Source of the DNA: Candidatus Margulisiibacteriota bacterium
GTDB taxonomy: Bacteria; Margulisbacteria; WOR-1; XYC2-FULL-46-14
DNA: 64,000 bases
Assembly (NCBI GenBank): GCA_042563095.1
Contig: JBHPMS010000002.1
Location: 5,551-69,550, forward strand
Direction of reading: 5' to 3'
Notes under the pieces: model-generated
Told to the model about the DNA's origin: nothing
Databases searched by the model: none
The model's input: the letters and a program-made list of their open reading frames with translations, nothing else
Translations under genes and position numbers: made by a program
Part shown: one piece after another, positions 8,396-19,334 of the stretch
How positions within the stretch are numbered: position 1 is the stretch's first letter
How the letters are laid out: every line of letters begins with the position of its first letter

Positions 8396-10293
8396 TGTTT
8401 CTTTCTGAGCCTGAGGCTTAAAGCCTCGGCCCCAATTAACAAAATAAATCCAACTATAACACCCAGAACCAATCCGTTAAAAGACCTGGCCAAAGAAATC
8501 ATTATTGGGGTGTGGATGTGGGTAAAGCTATTAATTAAAGTAATTGGTGCCAGTGTACCAACCATAATAAGCAGCCAGGTCCAGCGTTTTTCTTTCTTAT
8601 TCACCAACAGATAACTTGCGATAAAAAGTACGGGATAACCGATTAAAAACTCTTTAAAACGGGGCCTGACCAGAAAGATTTTTTCCAGAAGTGAGCGGAA
8701 AAATATTTCTTGCCTTAATACCGGCAGAATAAAATTACCGCTCCGGGCTACTATTATTAAAAGAATGAACGCTGCGGCTCCACCCCAGACCAGATATTTT
8801 GTTTTGATGGATGAGTTTAAATAGTAATTTATTTTCTCTTTTATCCCTTTTTTACCTAAAGTTTTATTATTTAAGATAAAATAGCCGGCAACAATCAGCA
8901 GCGGGGCAACCAGCGCCAGTTTAACACCAGAAAATTGGAAGGCTCCGAGCATAAAACGGGTATCCGCCAGTAAACCGATAATAATTACTGCTCCGAGCAG
9001 GGCCTCAACCGCAATATTAATGGTTAGCATTGCGGCAGACCAATACGCATTTTTTGGTTTTTTGGCCTTGCCTGCCGGCAGGCAGGGAGCACGCGCAAGA
9101 GTATGAATTACGGCTACGGCCGGAAACAATATTGCTGCTGCAAGAGATAAAGTTTTTTGCATTAATAGATCTGACCAGTGAAAATAGATTGCAAAAAGCG
9201 AGAGCAGCATCAGGCCTGTGGCATAGATTGTCTGCAATCCAATAAAAGAATCCACCAGTATTACCAACGCAACCGCAACCCCTAAACCGAGCAAAACAAT
9301 TTGCCAGTGGGTTAATCCCAGTTTAGATGGATAACTGGCTTCACCGATTAAAAACCCGGATTTTTTTATTCCAACAACTATTGATTTTATGTAATTAAGA
9401 TTTTCTTTTACTCCTTGATCAAGATACGGCCTGATGTAGAGCATCCTGATTGAGCGTTCTTTGACAGAACGGATAAAACGTTTGGATGCGGTGAGCGGTT
9501 CAACTTTTTTCAGCTCATCTTTAGCAATTCCGTGTACACGAATCAAATTTTGGCTCATCATTTTTTTTAGCCGGCTATTGCCAAATTGCTTAATTATCTC
9601 AACATAACCGTACTTAATACTGTTCTTTTTAAGCGCGTTAGCAAGCACACCTATTTTGTCAGGGTAGCCAGGCAGCTCTTCACCCTCAAAAATAATCGTT
9701 TTATATTGCGAAAAGATATTAATTTTTTTCGGTATGCTGTATTTAGGGTTGTTACTTAAACGCGGAATAATTTTAAAACTGCCCAGCTGTTCTACCGTTT
9801 TTTCTGAAAAACCGATTCCTAAATTGCGGATTTGGCTCTCTCTTTCGTTTACTTCAATAATATTCTGGCCGATAAACTTAATTTTTTTAATATCGTACAC
9901 AGCCAGGAGGTTTCTGATTACTCTTTTTCTTATCACAGAATCTTTTATAAAAAAGTAGGACTTATTTTTTTCTACCAGGCCACGCTGGTAATAATTTTTT
10001 AGATAGATCCCCCCTTTACCGGAAGAAAAGTAAAATTCTCCAGACGAAGTGGCGGTGGAGGGAGTTTGTTCAGAGAGCCCGATCGAAGTAACCCCAATTT
10101 CTTTTAATTCAAATAATAATTTGTCGAGCGGGTATCCTTCCCGGGCGGCCAAAGTTTCAAGGTCAGTGTAATCAACAACAATTTCAACAGTGTCATTTTT
10201 TTCTTCGATCTGTTGCCGCAACAGGCCCAGCCAGAAACCCTGTAACACTGCAATGGTTAATACGATACTTAGATAGAATTTAAGCTTTTGCAT
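8392..10293 (-). CDS. Large polytopic membrane protein (DUF5693-like?) of the CsaB/TagA envelope-polymer operon
   Basis: 633 aa with many TM segments in the C-terminal half. The family assignment is a recalled neighbourhood association, not verified. Confidence 0.4.
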   Translation of the reverse strand: MQKLKFYLSIVLTIAVLQGFWLGLLRQQIEEKNDTVEIVVDYTDLETLAAREGYPLDKLLFELKEIGVTSIGLSEQTPSTATSSGEFYFSSGKGGIYLKNYYQRGLVEKNKSYFFIKDSVIRKRVIRNLLAVYDIKKIKFIGQNIIEVNERESQIRNLGIGFSEKTVEQLGSFKIIPRLSNNPKYSIPKKINIFSQYKTIIFEGEELPGYPDKIGVLANALKKNSIKYGYVEIIKQFGNSRLKKMMSQNLIRVHGIAKDELKKVEPLTASKRFIRSVKERSIRMLYIRPYLDQGVKENLNYIKSIVVGIKKSGFLIGEASYPSKLGLTHWQIVLLGLGVAVALVILVDSFIGLQTIYATGLMLLSLFAIYFHWSDLLMQKTLSLAAAILFPAVAVIHTLARAPCLPAGKAKKPKNAYWSAAMLTINIAVEALLGAVIIIGLLADTRFMLGAFQFSGVKLALVAPLLIVAGYFILNNKTLGKKGIKEKINYYLNSSIKTKYLVWGGAAAFILLIIVARSGNFILPVLRQEIFFRSLLEKIFLVRPRFKEFLIGYPVLFIASYLLVNKKEKRWTWLLIMVGTLAPITLINSFTHIHTPIMISLARSFNGLVLGVIVGFILLIGAEALSLRLRKKQ

Positions 10294-11368
10294 TTTTCCT
10301 CAACATCGCCTCGATAAATTGGTCGAGTTCGCCATCGATTACTTTTTGCACATTCCCGGTTTCAGAGTTTGTCCGGTGGTCCTTTACCATTGTATAGGGA
10401 GCAAAGACATAAGAACGGATCTGGTTCCCCCACTCTATTTTTTTTCGCTCCCCTCTTATCTCTTCAATCTTCTCCTTATGCTGTGACAGCATCAACTCGT
10501 ATAGTTTGGCTTTTAAGATTTTCATGGCGTAATCTCTATTCTGATGTTGAGAGCGTTCCGATTGGCTCTGGGTAACAATTCCGGTAGGATTATGGGTAAT
10601 CCTTACAGCGGAACTTACTTTATTGACGTTTTGTCCGCCCGGTCCGGAAGCGCGATAGGTGTCAACTCTTAAATCAGCCGGATTGATTTCGATCTTAATA
10701 TCTTCGGTTATTTCCGGAATAACTTCGACCGAAGCAAAAGAAGTATGTCTTTTTCCATCTGAATTAAAAGGAGACATCCTGACCAGGCGATGGACACCGT
10801 TTTCATTTTTAAGATATCCGTAAACATAAGGGCCAGTAATGACCAGGGTTGTGCTTTTGATTCCTGCCTCTTCACCGTATGAAACATCAGCCAGTTCCAC
10901 CGTAAATTCTTTTGCTTCTGCCCAGCGGGTAAACATTCTTAATAATATTTGCGCCCAATCTTGCGCATCGGTCCCACCTGCTCCAGCGTTAATTGAAAGA
11001 ATTGCATTGTTTTCGTCATATGGTCCGGAAAGTAAAGCTTTCAACTCTAACTTCTCGATTGCATTTGAAATTGAATCAGTATCATTATGGAGAGATTCGA
11101 AATCCGATTCTTGTGCCATCTCGATTAATGTAGCCATATCTTCGATCTGGCCTTTCAGCGTTTCCCATTCACCGATTCCCTTTTCAATATTTTTCAGTTG
11201 CTGCATCACCTGTTTTGCTTTATCGGGATTATTCCATAGATCCGGATTCTCGCTCTCTTTTCGTAATCCTTCCAGCTTCGACTTCTTCTCATCAATCTTG
11301 AGATATGATTTAACTTTATCTATTTTTTCTTTGAGGCTATTTATAGTTAATTTAAGGTCAGTTAGCAT
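10280..11368 (-). CDS. prfB: Peptide chain release factor 2 (no programmed frameshift needed)
   Basis: SPxT ..[22 protein letters not shown] motif. The track ORF begins at a GTG. The likely start is the ATG of MLTDLKL. The region where E. coli frameshifts (..YL|D..) is in frame here ([11 protein letters not shown]). Confidence 0.9.
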   Translation of the reverse strand: MLTDLKLTINSLKEKIDKVKSYLKIDEKKSKLEGLRKESENPDLWNNPDKAKQVMQQLKNIEKGIGEWETLKGQIEDMATLIEMAQESDFESLHNDTDSISNAIEKLELKALLSGPYDENNAILSINAGAGGTDAQDWAQILLRMFTRWAEAKEFTVELADVSYGEEAGIKSTTLVITGPYVYGYLKNENGVHRLVRMSPFNSDGKRHTSFASVEVIPEITEDIKIEINPADLRVDTYRASGPGGQNVNKVSSAVRITHNPTGIVTQSQSERSQHQNRDYAMKILKAKLYELMLSQHKEKIEEIRGERKKIEWGNQIRSYVFAPYTMVKDHRTNSETGNVQKVIDGELDQFIEAMLRKNAKA

Positions 11369-13868
11369 TGGTCCCGCAGCACTTTTTATACTTCTTCCCA
11401 CTCCCGCAGGGGCACGGTTCGTTGCGGCCGACTTTGACGATTTTTGTAACCGGTTTCGGTTTTGAGTCAGCGGTCGGAGCTCCGTAAGAGATCCTTCTCT
11501 TTTGCGGCATCAGCGGTTCTTCTTCATTAGCAATTTTTACCTTTAATATCAACCCAACAATCTCCTGCCGGACCAATTGCATCATCTCCTGGAACATCGA
11601 ATAACCTTCTATTTTATACTCTACCAGCGGATCCTTTCCCCCATAACCCCTAAGCCCTATCCCCTCTTTCAGGTTATCCATATTATCAAGCTGCTCAATC
11701 CATTTTGTGTCGATTACCCGGAGCATTACGACTCTTTCCAATTCACGCATAGCCTCACTGCTGATTTCTTCTTCCCGCAGCTTATAAGCGGAATCAAAGG
11801 TGCGGAGTAACGATTCTTTGATTGCATTCCGATCACGCTCGTTTTTTATCGCAGCTAAACCATGGATCGGAACTATCTCTTCAATGGCAGCAATCAGCCC
11901 GGCATAATCCCACTTTTCCGGATCTTCTTTCTCCGGCAGATAAAAATCAATCTGTTCTTTGATCACTGTATCCATCATCTCTTCGATCCTGGCTTTCAGA
12001 TCTTTTCCTTCCAGTATGTTTCGGCGCAGTGTATAGATCGAATCGCGCTGTTTATTCATAACATCATCAAATTCTAAGATTTGTTTTCTGATCCCAAAAT
12101 GGTACTGTTCAACTTTTTTTTGTGCGTTGGCAATGGCATTAGTAATCAGCGGATGTTCAATCGGCGTTCCCTCTTCTATCCCCAACCTTCCCATTACTCC
12201 AGCAATCCGGTCAGAACCGAATAAACGCATCAGGTCATCTTCTAAACTTACGTAAAAACGGGAAGAGCCCGGATCACCCTGGCGGCCCGATCTTCCTCTA
12301 AGCTGGTTATCAATTCTTCTTGATTCATGCCGCTCAGTTCCAAAGACATGCAACCCGCCCAGCTCAGTTACTCCTTCCCCTAAAACAATATCGGTCCCGC
12401 GGCCGGCCATGTTGGTAGAAATGGTAACTGCCCCTTTCTGACCGGCACGAGCAATAATTTCTGCCTCTTTTTCATGCTGTTTAGCATTAAGGACATGATG
12501 GGGAATACCGTGCCGTACTAAAACATCGGAGAGCAATTCTGAATGTTCAATTGATACTGTCCCAACCAGGACCGGCTGGCCTTTTTTATGCAGGCGCCCA
12601 ACCTCATCTGCTGCAGCTTTAAACTTTTCTTTTTTACTTTTATAGATTACATCCGACATGTTATTGCGGATCAACGGTTTGTTGGTTGGAACAACTAATA
12701 CCTCAAGGTTGTATATTTTCCAGAATTCCCCTTCTTCGGTTTTAGCTGTACCGGTCATGCCGGCCAATTTGTTATAAAGCCTAAAATAATTTTGGAATGT
12801 TATCGTAGCAAGAGTTTGTGATTCTTCCCTGATCCTTACTTTTTCTTTTGCTTCGATTGCTTGATGCAAACCATCGCTGTAACGGCGGCCGACCATTAAG
12901 CGGCCGGTAAATTCATCTACAATTATTATTTCCCCTTCTTTTATTACATAGTCGACATCCTTTTTAAAAAGATGGAGCGCTTTTAAGGATTGGATCAGCT
13001 GATGGGCAATTCCCATATTTTTAACGTCATATAAATATTCTAGCTGCAGCAATCCTTCAATTCTTTTGATCCCTTCTTCAGTCAGGATCGCATTTTTTGT
13101 TTTTTCATCTGCGGTAAAATCTTTTTCTTTGTTTAAGCGGCGGGCAATTTCCATCGCTTTATAATAAGTATCTACCTTGTCCTCAATCATTCCGGATATA
13201 ATCAGCGGGGTCCTGGCTTCATCTATAAGAATCGAATCGACTTCGTCAACGATGCCATAATTTAATTCTCTCTGGACACAATCTTCTAGCGAAAAAGACA
13301 TATTATCACGCAGATAATCAAAACCGAATTCGTTATTGGTTCCATAAGTAATGTCAGCTCCATAAGCAACTTTTCGCTCGCGTGGGTTCATAGGGTGCTG
13401 GATGGTGCCAACGTCCAGGCCGAGAAAGTTATAGACCGGCCCCATCCACGCTGCGTCCCTTTTTGCAAGATAGTCATTAACTGTAACAACATGGCAGCCT
13501 TTTCCTGATAAAGCATTTAGATAAAGCGGCAAGGTCGCGGCCAAAGTTTTGCCTTCTCCGGTTTTCATTTCTGCAATTTTACCCTGGTGCAGGATTATGC
13601 CGCCTAAAAGCTGGACATCATAGTGCCGCAGGCCAATGGTTCTGATAGACGCTTCTCTGACGATGGCAAAGGCATCCGGCAATATTTCTTCATGCGTTTT
13701 TCCGATCTTTATCTGCTGGCGGAAGAGTGCGGTTTTTGAACGAAGCTCATGGTCAGATAATTTTTTAAATTCATCTTCTAACTGGTTAATGCGGAAGATT
13801 AGAGGTTTTAGTCCTTTTAACTTTTTTTCATCGGAATCAGAAAGCAGACTAACAATCCACTTTAACAT
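11358..13868 (-). CDS. secA: Preprotein translocase ATPase SecA (with C-terminal zinc-binding [14 protein letters not shown])
   Basis: 836 aa. The DEAD-like motor motifs ([27 protein letters not shown]) and the Zn finger tail are present. The hpf-secA-prfB order resembles Bacillus yvyD-secA-prfB. Confidence 0.95.
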   Translation of the reverse strand: MLKWIVSLLSDSDEKKLKGLKPLIFRINQLEDEFKKLSDHELRSKTALFRQQIKIGKTHEEILPDAFAIVREASIRTIGLRHYDVQLLGGIILHQGKIAEMKTGEGKTLAATLPLYLNALSGKGCHVVTVNDYLAKRDAAWMGPVYNFLGLDVGTIQHPMNPRERKVAYGADITYGTNNEFGFDYLRDNMSFSLEDCVQRELNYGIVDEVDSILIDEARTPLIISGMIEDKVDTYYKAMEIARRLNKEKDFTADEKTKNAILTEEGIKRIEGLLQLEYLYDVKNMGIAHQLIQSLKALHLFKKDVDYVIKEGEIIIVDEFTGRLMVGRRYSDGLHQAIEAKEKVRIREESQTLATITFQNYFRLYNKLAGMTGTAKTEEGEFWKIYNLEVLVVPTNKPLIRNNMSDVIYKSKKEKFKAAADEVGRLHKKGQPVLVGTVSIEHSELLSDVLVRHGIPHHVLNAKQHEKEAEIIARAGQKGAVTISTNMAGRGTDIVLGEGVTELGGLHVFGTERHESRRIDNQLRGRSGRQGDPGSSRFYVSLEDDLMRLFGSDRIAGVMGRLGIEEGTPIEHPLITNAIANAQKKVEQYHFGIRKQILEFDDVMNKQRDSIYTLRRNILEGKDLKARIEEMMDTVIKEQIDFYLPEKEDPEKWDYAGLIAAIEEIVPIHGLAAIKNERDRNAIKESLLRTFDSAYKLREEEISSEAMRELERVVMLRVIDTKWIEQLDNMDNLKEGIGLRGYGGKDPLVEYKIEGYSMFQEMMQLVRQEIVGLILKVKIANEEEPLMPQKRRISYGAPTADSKPKPVTKIVKVGRNEPCPCGSGKKYKKCCGTNAN

Positions 13869-13869
13869 C

Positions 13870-14553
13870 TTACGGTTCGATCAACCCAAAGTTGCCGGAA
13901 TTTCTTTTGTAAAGCACATTTAGTTGATTTGTTTTATCATTCAAATAGGTAATTATATTCCTTTTTCCTTCTGACAATATTTTGGCCGCAGCTTCTTGAG
14001 TTAGCGGCAAGAGGCCGGCTGATTCGATATTCTTTTCTTGATGAAAAACATTTATATCTCCAGACTCAGCATTTACAAATACAATAAATTCCTGTTTGGT
14101 TAATTTTAGCTCCTGTTCAGCTGCTTTAATATCCATAACCGGAATATTAAAGTTTTTTCTCTTCACGATGATCGGGCCGTCCTGTTCCGATTTAGCTTCC
14201 GGATGGTACTCGCGTGCCATCCGTTTTAATTTTTCCCCGCTCCTTCGCCGCTCTTGTACGTGCTTTTCTTTGTGTTTTTTAAGTTGCCTTTTTAGTTCTT
14301 CATAAACCAGGTCAATTGCCGCATACATATCCTGGGCAGCTTCTGAAGCTCGGATTAATTTTTTTTCTGATGCCCAGATGCTTACTTCTGCTACCTGGCT
14401 GCGGTTGTTGTCTTGAATTTTGCGGGCATCTAAAACAACTTCTGCTTTAGTTATTCTTGAAAAAAACTCGTCCAGTTTTCCTATTTTTTTATTGGTATAT
14501 TCTTTGAGTGGCTCAGTCAGATCAATTCCATGACCCTGCAAATTTATCTGCAT
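13870..14553 (-). CDS. hpf: Ribosome hibernation-promoting factor, long form
   Basis: The real start is probably [19 protein letters not shown] (M37 of the track ORF). It has a long C-terminal dimerisation extension. Confidence 0.85.
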   Translation of the reverse strand: MQINLQGHGIDLTEPLKEYTNKKIGKLDEFFSRITKAEVVLDARKIQDNNRSQVAEVSIWASEKKLIRASEAAQDMYAAIDLVYEELKRQLKKHKEKHVQERRRSGEKLKRMAREYHPEAKSEQDGPIIVKRKNFNIPVMDIKAAEQELKLTKQEFIVFVNAESGDINVFHQEKNIESAGLLPLTQEAAAKILSEGKRNIITYLNDKTNQLNVLYKRNSGNFGLIEP

Positions 14554-14591
14554 TTTTCCCTCCTTATTATTTTGATATAGTATAACACAAA

Positions 14592-15287
14592 TTAAAGCGC
14601 TCTTGAAAGAGCTAGTATTTGGACTGATTTTGCACCGGCACTTTTTAATTCGGAGGTGCATTCCCGAACGGTTGACCCGGTAGTTAAGATATCATCTATC
14701 AACAGAATATTTTTTTCTTTTATGAGAGGACTGCCTTTAATCTCAAAAGCACCTTTGATGTTGTGGTAGCGTTCCCTTTTCTTTAAATCAAATTGAGGAT
14801 GAGTATTTTTTTTCCTGAATAAAACACCAGCTACGGTTGGAAGATTTAATGTTTTGGTAATATTTAAACAGAGCAATTCTGACTGGTTAAAACCTCTCTC
14901 CTGCAACCTTTTTTCATGCAAAGGGACCGGTATTAAGAGGTCGATCGACTTTTTCCAGAGGTGATGATTAATATAATTTGACATTAAGAGGGACAATGGT
15001 TTGGCTAAACGTCCTCGTTTTTTAAATTTGAACCTTTTTATCGATTTTTTTAAAACCCCTTCATATTCCCCCACCGCATTGATGAAGGCAGCCGGTTTTA
15101 GGTAGCTTATTTTTGAAAGGCATTTTTTGCAAATCGGTTCATTAACAAAGGTGAAGCAGGTCTCACACTTTGGCGGAAAGATAAGATCTAAGATTGATTC
15201 AAATATTATGCTCATACTATTATTATACCATCCCGCTCTGGAGCAAAATTCCTTGATTTTATAAGATAGATATGTTATCTTACTCAC
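14592..15287 (-). CDS. comFC: ComF-family phosphoribosyltransferase (ComFC-like)
   Basis: N-terminal Cys pairs CETC...CKKC, and a PRTase motif ILLIDDILTTGSTV. Confidence 0.75.
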   Translation of the reverse strand: MSKITYLSYKIKEFCSRAGWYNNSMSIIFESILDLIFPPKCETCFTFVNEPICKKCLSKISYLKPAAFINAVGEYEGVLKKSIKRFKFKKRGRLAKPLSLLMSNYINHHLWKKSIDLLIPVPLHEKRLQERGFNQSELLCLNITKTLNLPTVAGVLFRKKNTHPQFDLKKRERYHNIKGAFEIKGSPLIKEKNILLIDDILTTGSTVRECTSELKSAGAKSVQILALSRAL

Positions 15288-15290
15288 ACA

Positions 15291-15908
15291 ATGACGTGGG
15301 AAAGTTTAATGAATTTACTTGGCCAGGGTGAAGGACAATCACTTGAATTTGAAAAGCAAATTCCCCCTCCAGAAGATATTGCCCGTGAGATGGTCGCCTT
15401 TGCCAATGCAGATGGCGGCAAACTTGTTTATGGGATAGATGATAAAAACCAACACTTGATCGGAGTTGTATTGGGTGATGATTTTATAAAGGACATTAAG
15501 CGCTTGGGCGAAGAGGCTTGCATTCCCAAGCTTGTTCCTCAAATCGATATCTTTGAACATAACCAGAAGCGGGTGGTAATCATCACCATACCAGAAGGTG
15601 AAGAAAAACCATACCGCACAGATGACATTGCCTATATCAGGGATGGAGCGGTATCGCGTCCGGCCAAAGAAGATGAAGAGAAGCAGATAACTAATCCCTG
15701 GAGTGGTTATGGTTTAAATAAAAGACAGCTCCGGGCATTACAAATGATCAGTGAGCATGGAAATATAACAAATCGTGAATTCAGGGATGCGTTTAACGTT
15801 TCACATAAAACTGCGCATATCGAACTTACTATGCTGGTAGATAAAAAAATTGCTTTAACTTCTGGTTCGGGGCGGTCAACCTGCTACATCTTACCTTCAG
15901 GAGATTAG
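15291..15908 (+). CDS. AlbA_2/Schlafen-like putative DNA-binding regulator with C-terminal wHTH
   Basis: LEFEKQIP..IAREMVAFANADGGKLVYGIDDKN..IGVV matches the AlbA_2 signature. The C-terminal LRALQMISEHGNITNREFRDAFNVSHKTAHIEL is HTH-like. Confidence 0.55.
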   Translation: MTWESLMNLLGQGEGQSLEFEKQIPPPEDIAREMVAFANADGGKLVYGIDDKNQHLIGVVLGDDFIKDIKRLGEEACIPKLVPQIDIFEHNQKRVVIITIPEGEEKPYRTDDIAYIRDGAVSRPAKEDEEKQITNPWSGYGLNKRQLRALQMISEHGNITNREFRDAFNVSHKTAHIELTMLVDKKIALTSGSGRSTCYILPSGD

Positions 15909-17546
15909 TACTTTCCCGGTCATCTCTTTAGATGGTTTTAGTCCTAAAAGTTTAACTACAGTAGTTCCAACGTCCGGGACAATTCCTTCCTCTGCAATTT
16001 TACCTTTTGCTCCGAATATCCAACAAGGGACCGGGTTGGTAGAATGTTGAGTACTAACTACCATTTGGTCAATCACCATCTGATCAGCGTTACCGTGGTC
16101 GGCAGTTATAATTATTTTTCCTTTTTGTGCCAGGACCGCCTTGTAAATATGCTGAACACAATCAGATAAAACTGAAATTGAAGATTTTGCAGCGGAAAAA
16201 TCGCCGGTGTGCCCGACCATATCACCATTCTGAAAGTTGTGGACAATCAGGTCATATTTTTTCGAAGCAATTGCTTTTAGCGCTTCTTCAGTTTCTATGT
16301 ACGCAGTCATTTCAGGCGACCAGTTATAATTCTTACCATCGTTAGTTCTTCTTTTTAAATTCGGGTCAGTTGCCAAAATGCGGTCCTCCCCTTCAAACGG
16401 ATCCGGTCTTCTGCCAGAAAACCATGAGGTTACATGCACAAATTTTTCCGGCCCGGCTAACCGTAGTTGTTGTTTTCCAGCCTGTGCCACTAATTCTCCA
16501 ACTGTATTATTAAGCTGTGCTTCGGGGAAAGCAGCCGCTGCGTTCATCTGGAAATAATACTCAGTCATTGCCACAAAGGGAATCTCTTTTATCTTGTTTT
16601 GCAGATAAATAATTTCTTGATACATCCGCTCAGTTATTTCCGGCTGACCGGGTTTAAAGTTAAAATATTTTCGGTCTGTTTCACGCATCGCGGTAGTTAG
16701 TTCGATCCCGCGGTCCTGCCGAAAATTCCAGAAGATCATAGCATCTTCTGGATTTATTCCTTTATAATCACCAATAATTGTTGGCTGAATAAACTCATCG
16801 GTCTCCATCACTTTTTCCATTTTCCCCTTAACTTCGACCTCGGATTCTTGAGCATAGGCAACCCCGATTGCGTTCCTGACATCTGATTCCCTTCTCACCC
16901 CTTCTCCGTTCACAATGGCCTTAATGGCCTTAAGTATTAATTTCCAATTAACATCCCTGTCCATGGCATAAGCCCGGCCCATAATAGTACCGATTTTTAC
17001 TTCATTTTCCAGGTTCAGTTCTTTAATTTTTACAGTTAAGCGCGGCACATATTCTTCTCCAGCAGCATGCGGATCGGTATCTCTTCCGTCGGTAAAAATA
17101 TGGATAACAATTTTTTTGAGCCCGTAAAGAACTGACATCCTGAGTAATCCAAAAAGGTGTTCGATATTTCCGTGGACACAACCTTGTCCGCCCTGTAAAA
17201 TCCCCATAAGGTGGAGTGTAGATTTTTTCTTCTGGCAATGTTCCATCGCCTTAACTATTGCTTTGTTACTTGAAAAGCTCTGGTTTTCGATCGCTTTATT
17301 TACTCTCAAAAGAGATTGAAAAACGACCCGGCCAGCCCCCATGTTCAGGTGGTTTACTTCTGAATTTCCCATTGTTCCAGGCGGCAATCCGACCGCTTCA
17401 CCGGAACACTCCAATTTTGCGTAAGGATGGCTTTCAAATAACTCTTTAAAAAAAGGTGCCCGACCGTCTTTAATTGCTGCAGCAATTGCATCACTGTCAG
17501 TTTCTTTCCCAATACCAAATCCATCTAAGATGCAAAGGTATAACAT
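15897..17546 (-). CDS. gpmI: 2,3-bisphosphoglycerate-independent phosphoglycerate mutase
   Basis: 549 aa. MLYLCILDGFGIG...ITADHGNADQM. Confidence 0.9.
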   Translation of the reverse strand: MLYLCILDGFGIGKETDSDAIAAAIKDGRAPFFKELFESHPYAKLECSGEAVGLPPGTMGNSEVNHLNMGAGRVVFQSLLRVNKAIENQSFSSNKAIVKAMEHCQKKKSTLHLMGILQGGQGCVHGNIEHLFGLLRMSVLYGLKKIVIHIFTDGRDTDPHAAGEEYVPRLTVKIKELNLENEVKIGTIMGRAYAMDRDVNWKLILKAIKAIVNGEGVRRESDVRNAIGVAYAQESEVEVKGKMEKVMETDEFIQPTIIGDYKGINPEDAMIFWNFRQDRGIELTTAMRETDRKYFNFKPGQPEITERMYQEIIYLQNKIKEIPFVAMTEYYFQMNAAAAFPEAQLNNTVGELVAQAGKQQLRLAGPEKFVHVTSWFSGRRPDPFEGEDRILATDPNLKRRTNDGKNYNWSPEMTAYIETEEALKAIASKKYDLIVHNFQNGDMVGHTGDFSAAKSSISVLSDCVQHIYKAVLAQKGKIIITADHGNADQMVIDQMVVSTQHSTNPVPCWIFGAKGKIAEEGIVPDVGTTVVKLLGLKPSKEMTGKVLIS

Positions 17547-17549
17547 TTT

Positions 17550-17578
17550 TTGACTCCCCTTTTCTTTTTTGTTATAAT
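17550..17578 (+). promoter_or_regulatory. Sigma-70-type promoter TTGACT-N17-TATAAT for tpiA-fba-pfp
   Basis: TTGACT is at 17550-17555, the spacer is 17 nt and TATAAT is at 17573-17578. A strong SD AGGGGGGA precedes the ATG at 17613. Confidence 0.6.
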
Positions 17579-17612
17579 ATCATTTCCGAACATTTTTTTA
17601 CAGGGGGGATTT

Positions 17613-18350
17613 ATGCGGACACCACTATTGGCCGGAAATTGGAAATTAAATAAAAATATCGAAGAATCGGTCGCACTGGTGAAAGAATTAATTCCATTGG
17701 TAAAAAATGCCAAAGGAAAAGAAATTTTGGTTTGCCCTGCTTTTACCTCGCTTGACGCTGTTTTTCAGGCTCTTCAAGGATCAAATATAATGTTAGGGGC
17801 GCAGAATATCTTTTGGGAAAATAAGGGTGCCTTCACCGCAGAAATATCAGCTCCGATGTTAAAGAGTGCAGGTTGTTCGCATGTTATTATCGGGCATTCT
17901 GAGCGGAGACAATATTTTGGTGAAACAGATGAGACGGTAAACAAAAGGTTAAAAGCAGCTCTTGGCCACGGTATGGTTTCGATCGTCTGCGTCGGCGAAA
18001 CCCTTGGACAACGCGAAAACAACGAAACTTTTACTGTAATCGAAAGGCAAATCAAGAACGGCTTAAAAGATTTGGACGTTGGACATTGGGCGTTGGTAGT
18101 TATCGCCTATGAGCCAGTCTGGGCGATTGGAACTGGAAAGACAGCAAGTCCTGAGCAGGCTGAGGAAGTCCACGCTTTTATCAGGAAGCAGCTCCCAAAA
18201 GAAGTTGCGGATAAAATTAGAATTCTTTACGGCGGTTCAGTCAAACCATCCAATGTAAAAGAATTAATGGGGAAAGAAAATATCGACGGTGCTCTGGTTG
18301 GTGGTGCTTCACTTAAAGCAAATGATTTTGCAGGAATTGTAAATTATTAG
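17613..18350 (+). CDS. tpiA: Triosephosphate isomerase
   Basis: Start taken at MRTPLLAGNWKLNK (the track ORF starts upstream inside the promoter). AYEPVWAIGTG, GGSVKP. Confidence 0.9.
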   Translation: MRTPLLAGNWKLNKNIEESVALVKELIPLVKNAKGKEILVCPAFTSLDAVFQALQGSNIMLGAQNIFWENKGAFTAEISAPMLKSAGCSHVIIGHSERRQYFGETDETVNKRLKAALGHGMVSIVCVGETLGQRENNETFTVIERQIKNGLKDLDVGHWALVVIAYEPVWAIGTGKTASPEQAEEVHAFIRKQLPKEVADKIRILYGGSVKPSNVKELMGKENIDGALVGGASLKANDFAGIVNY

Positions 18351-18360
18351 GAGGTAAGCA

Positions 18361-19332
18361 ATGGAAAAATTATATGAAAAACTTGGTTTGGTGAATACTC
18401 GGGAAATGTTTAAAAAGGCGGTTGCTGGAGGGTATGCAATACCTGCATACAACTTCAATAACATGGAACAGCTGCAGGCCATTATGGGAGCTTGTGCTGA
18501 GACCAATTCTCCGGTAATTCTACAAGTTTCATCTGGCGCTAGAAAATATGCAAATCAAACGATGCTCTATTGGATGGCAAAGGGTGCCGTTGAGATGACC
18601 CGAAAGGATCTGAACAGTAACATCCCGATTGTTTTGCATCTTGATCATGGAGATACTTTTGAACTTTGTAAATCGTGTGTAGATTCCGGTTTTTCTTCTG
18701 TAATGATCGACGGATCGCACCATCCGTATGAAAAGAATGTTGAACTAACTAAGCAAGTTGTAGAATATGCCCATAAATATGATGTTTCGGTTGAAGGTGA
18801 GCTTGGTGTTCTGGCAGGAATCGAAGATAAGGTCCAGGCTGAAAAATCGACCTACACCAAGCCGGAAGAAGTCCAGGATTTTGTAAAAAAGACCGGGGTT
18901 GATTCTTTAGCCATTTCAATTGGAACTTCGCACGGAGCTTACAAATTTAAACCAGGACAAGCTGTTCCCCCACTCCGTTTTGATATCTTGAAAGAGATTG
19001 AGAAGAAACTTCCTGGATTCCCAATTGTCTTACACGGTTCATCCTCTATTCCTAAAGACTATATTGAGATGGTCAATAAGTATGGCGGCGCTATGAAAGG
19101 AGCGGTCGGTGTTTCAGAGGAACAGTTGCGCGAAGCTGCAAAATCAGCGGTCTGCAAAATAAATATTGATTCTGACGGCCGTTTAGTTGTTACTGCAATA
19201 ATCAGAAAAGTTTTTACCGAAAAACCGGCTGAGTTTGATCCGAGAAAATATCTGGGGCCGGCGCGTGAAGAGTTGAAGAAGCTTTTGATCGAAAAAAACA
19301 AGAATGTATTAGGTTCGGCCGGGAAGGGATAA
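18361..19332 (+). CDS. fba: Fructose-bisphosphate aldolase class II
   Basis: YAIPAYNFNNMEQLQAIM..., LHLDHG, SHGAYKF. Confidence 0.9.
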   Translation: MEKLYEKLGLVNTREMFKKAVAGGYAIPAYNFNNMEQLQAIMGACAETNSPVILQVSSGARKYANQTMLYWMAKGAVEMTRKDLNSNIPIVLHLDHGDTFELCKSCVDSGFSSVMIDGSHHPYEKNVELTKQVVEYAHKYDVSVEGELGVLAGIEDKVQAEKSTYTKPEEVQDFVKKTGVDSLAISIGTSHGAYKFKPGQAVPPLRFDILKEIEKKLPGFPIVLHGSSSIPKDYIEMVNKYGGAMKGAVGVSEEQLREAAKSAVCKINIDSDGRLVVTAIIRKVFTEKPAEFDPRKYLGPAREELKKLLIEKNKNVLGSAGKG

Positions 19333-19334
19333 TC

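Noticed and set aside
10280-11401. Programmed +1 frameshift expected in prfB.
   Set aside because: The RF2 reading frame is continuous from the N-terminus (..[11 protein letters not shown]..). There is no in-frame UGA or CUU UGA shifty site, so this prfB lacks the autoregulatory frameshift.
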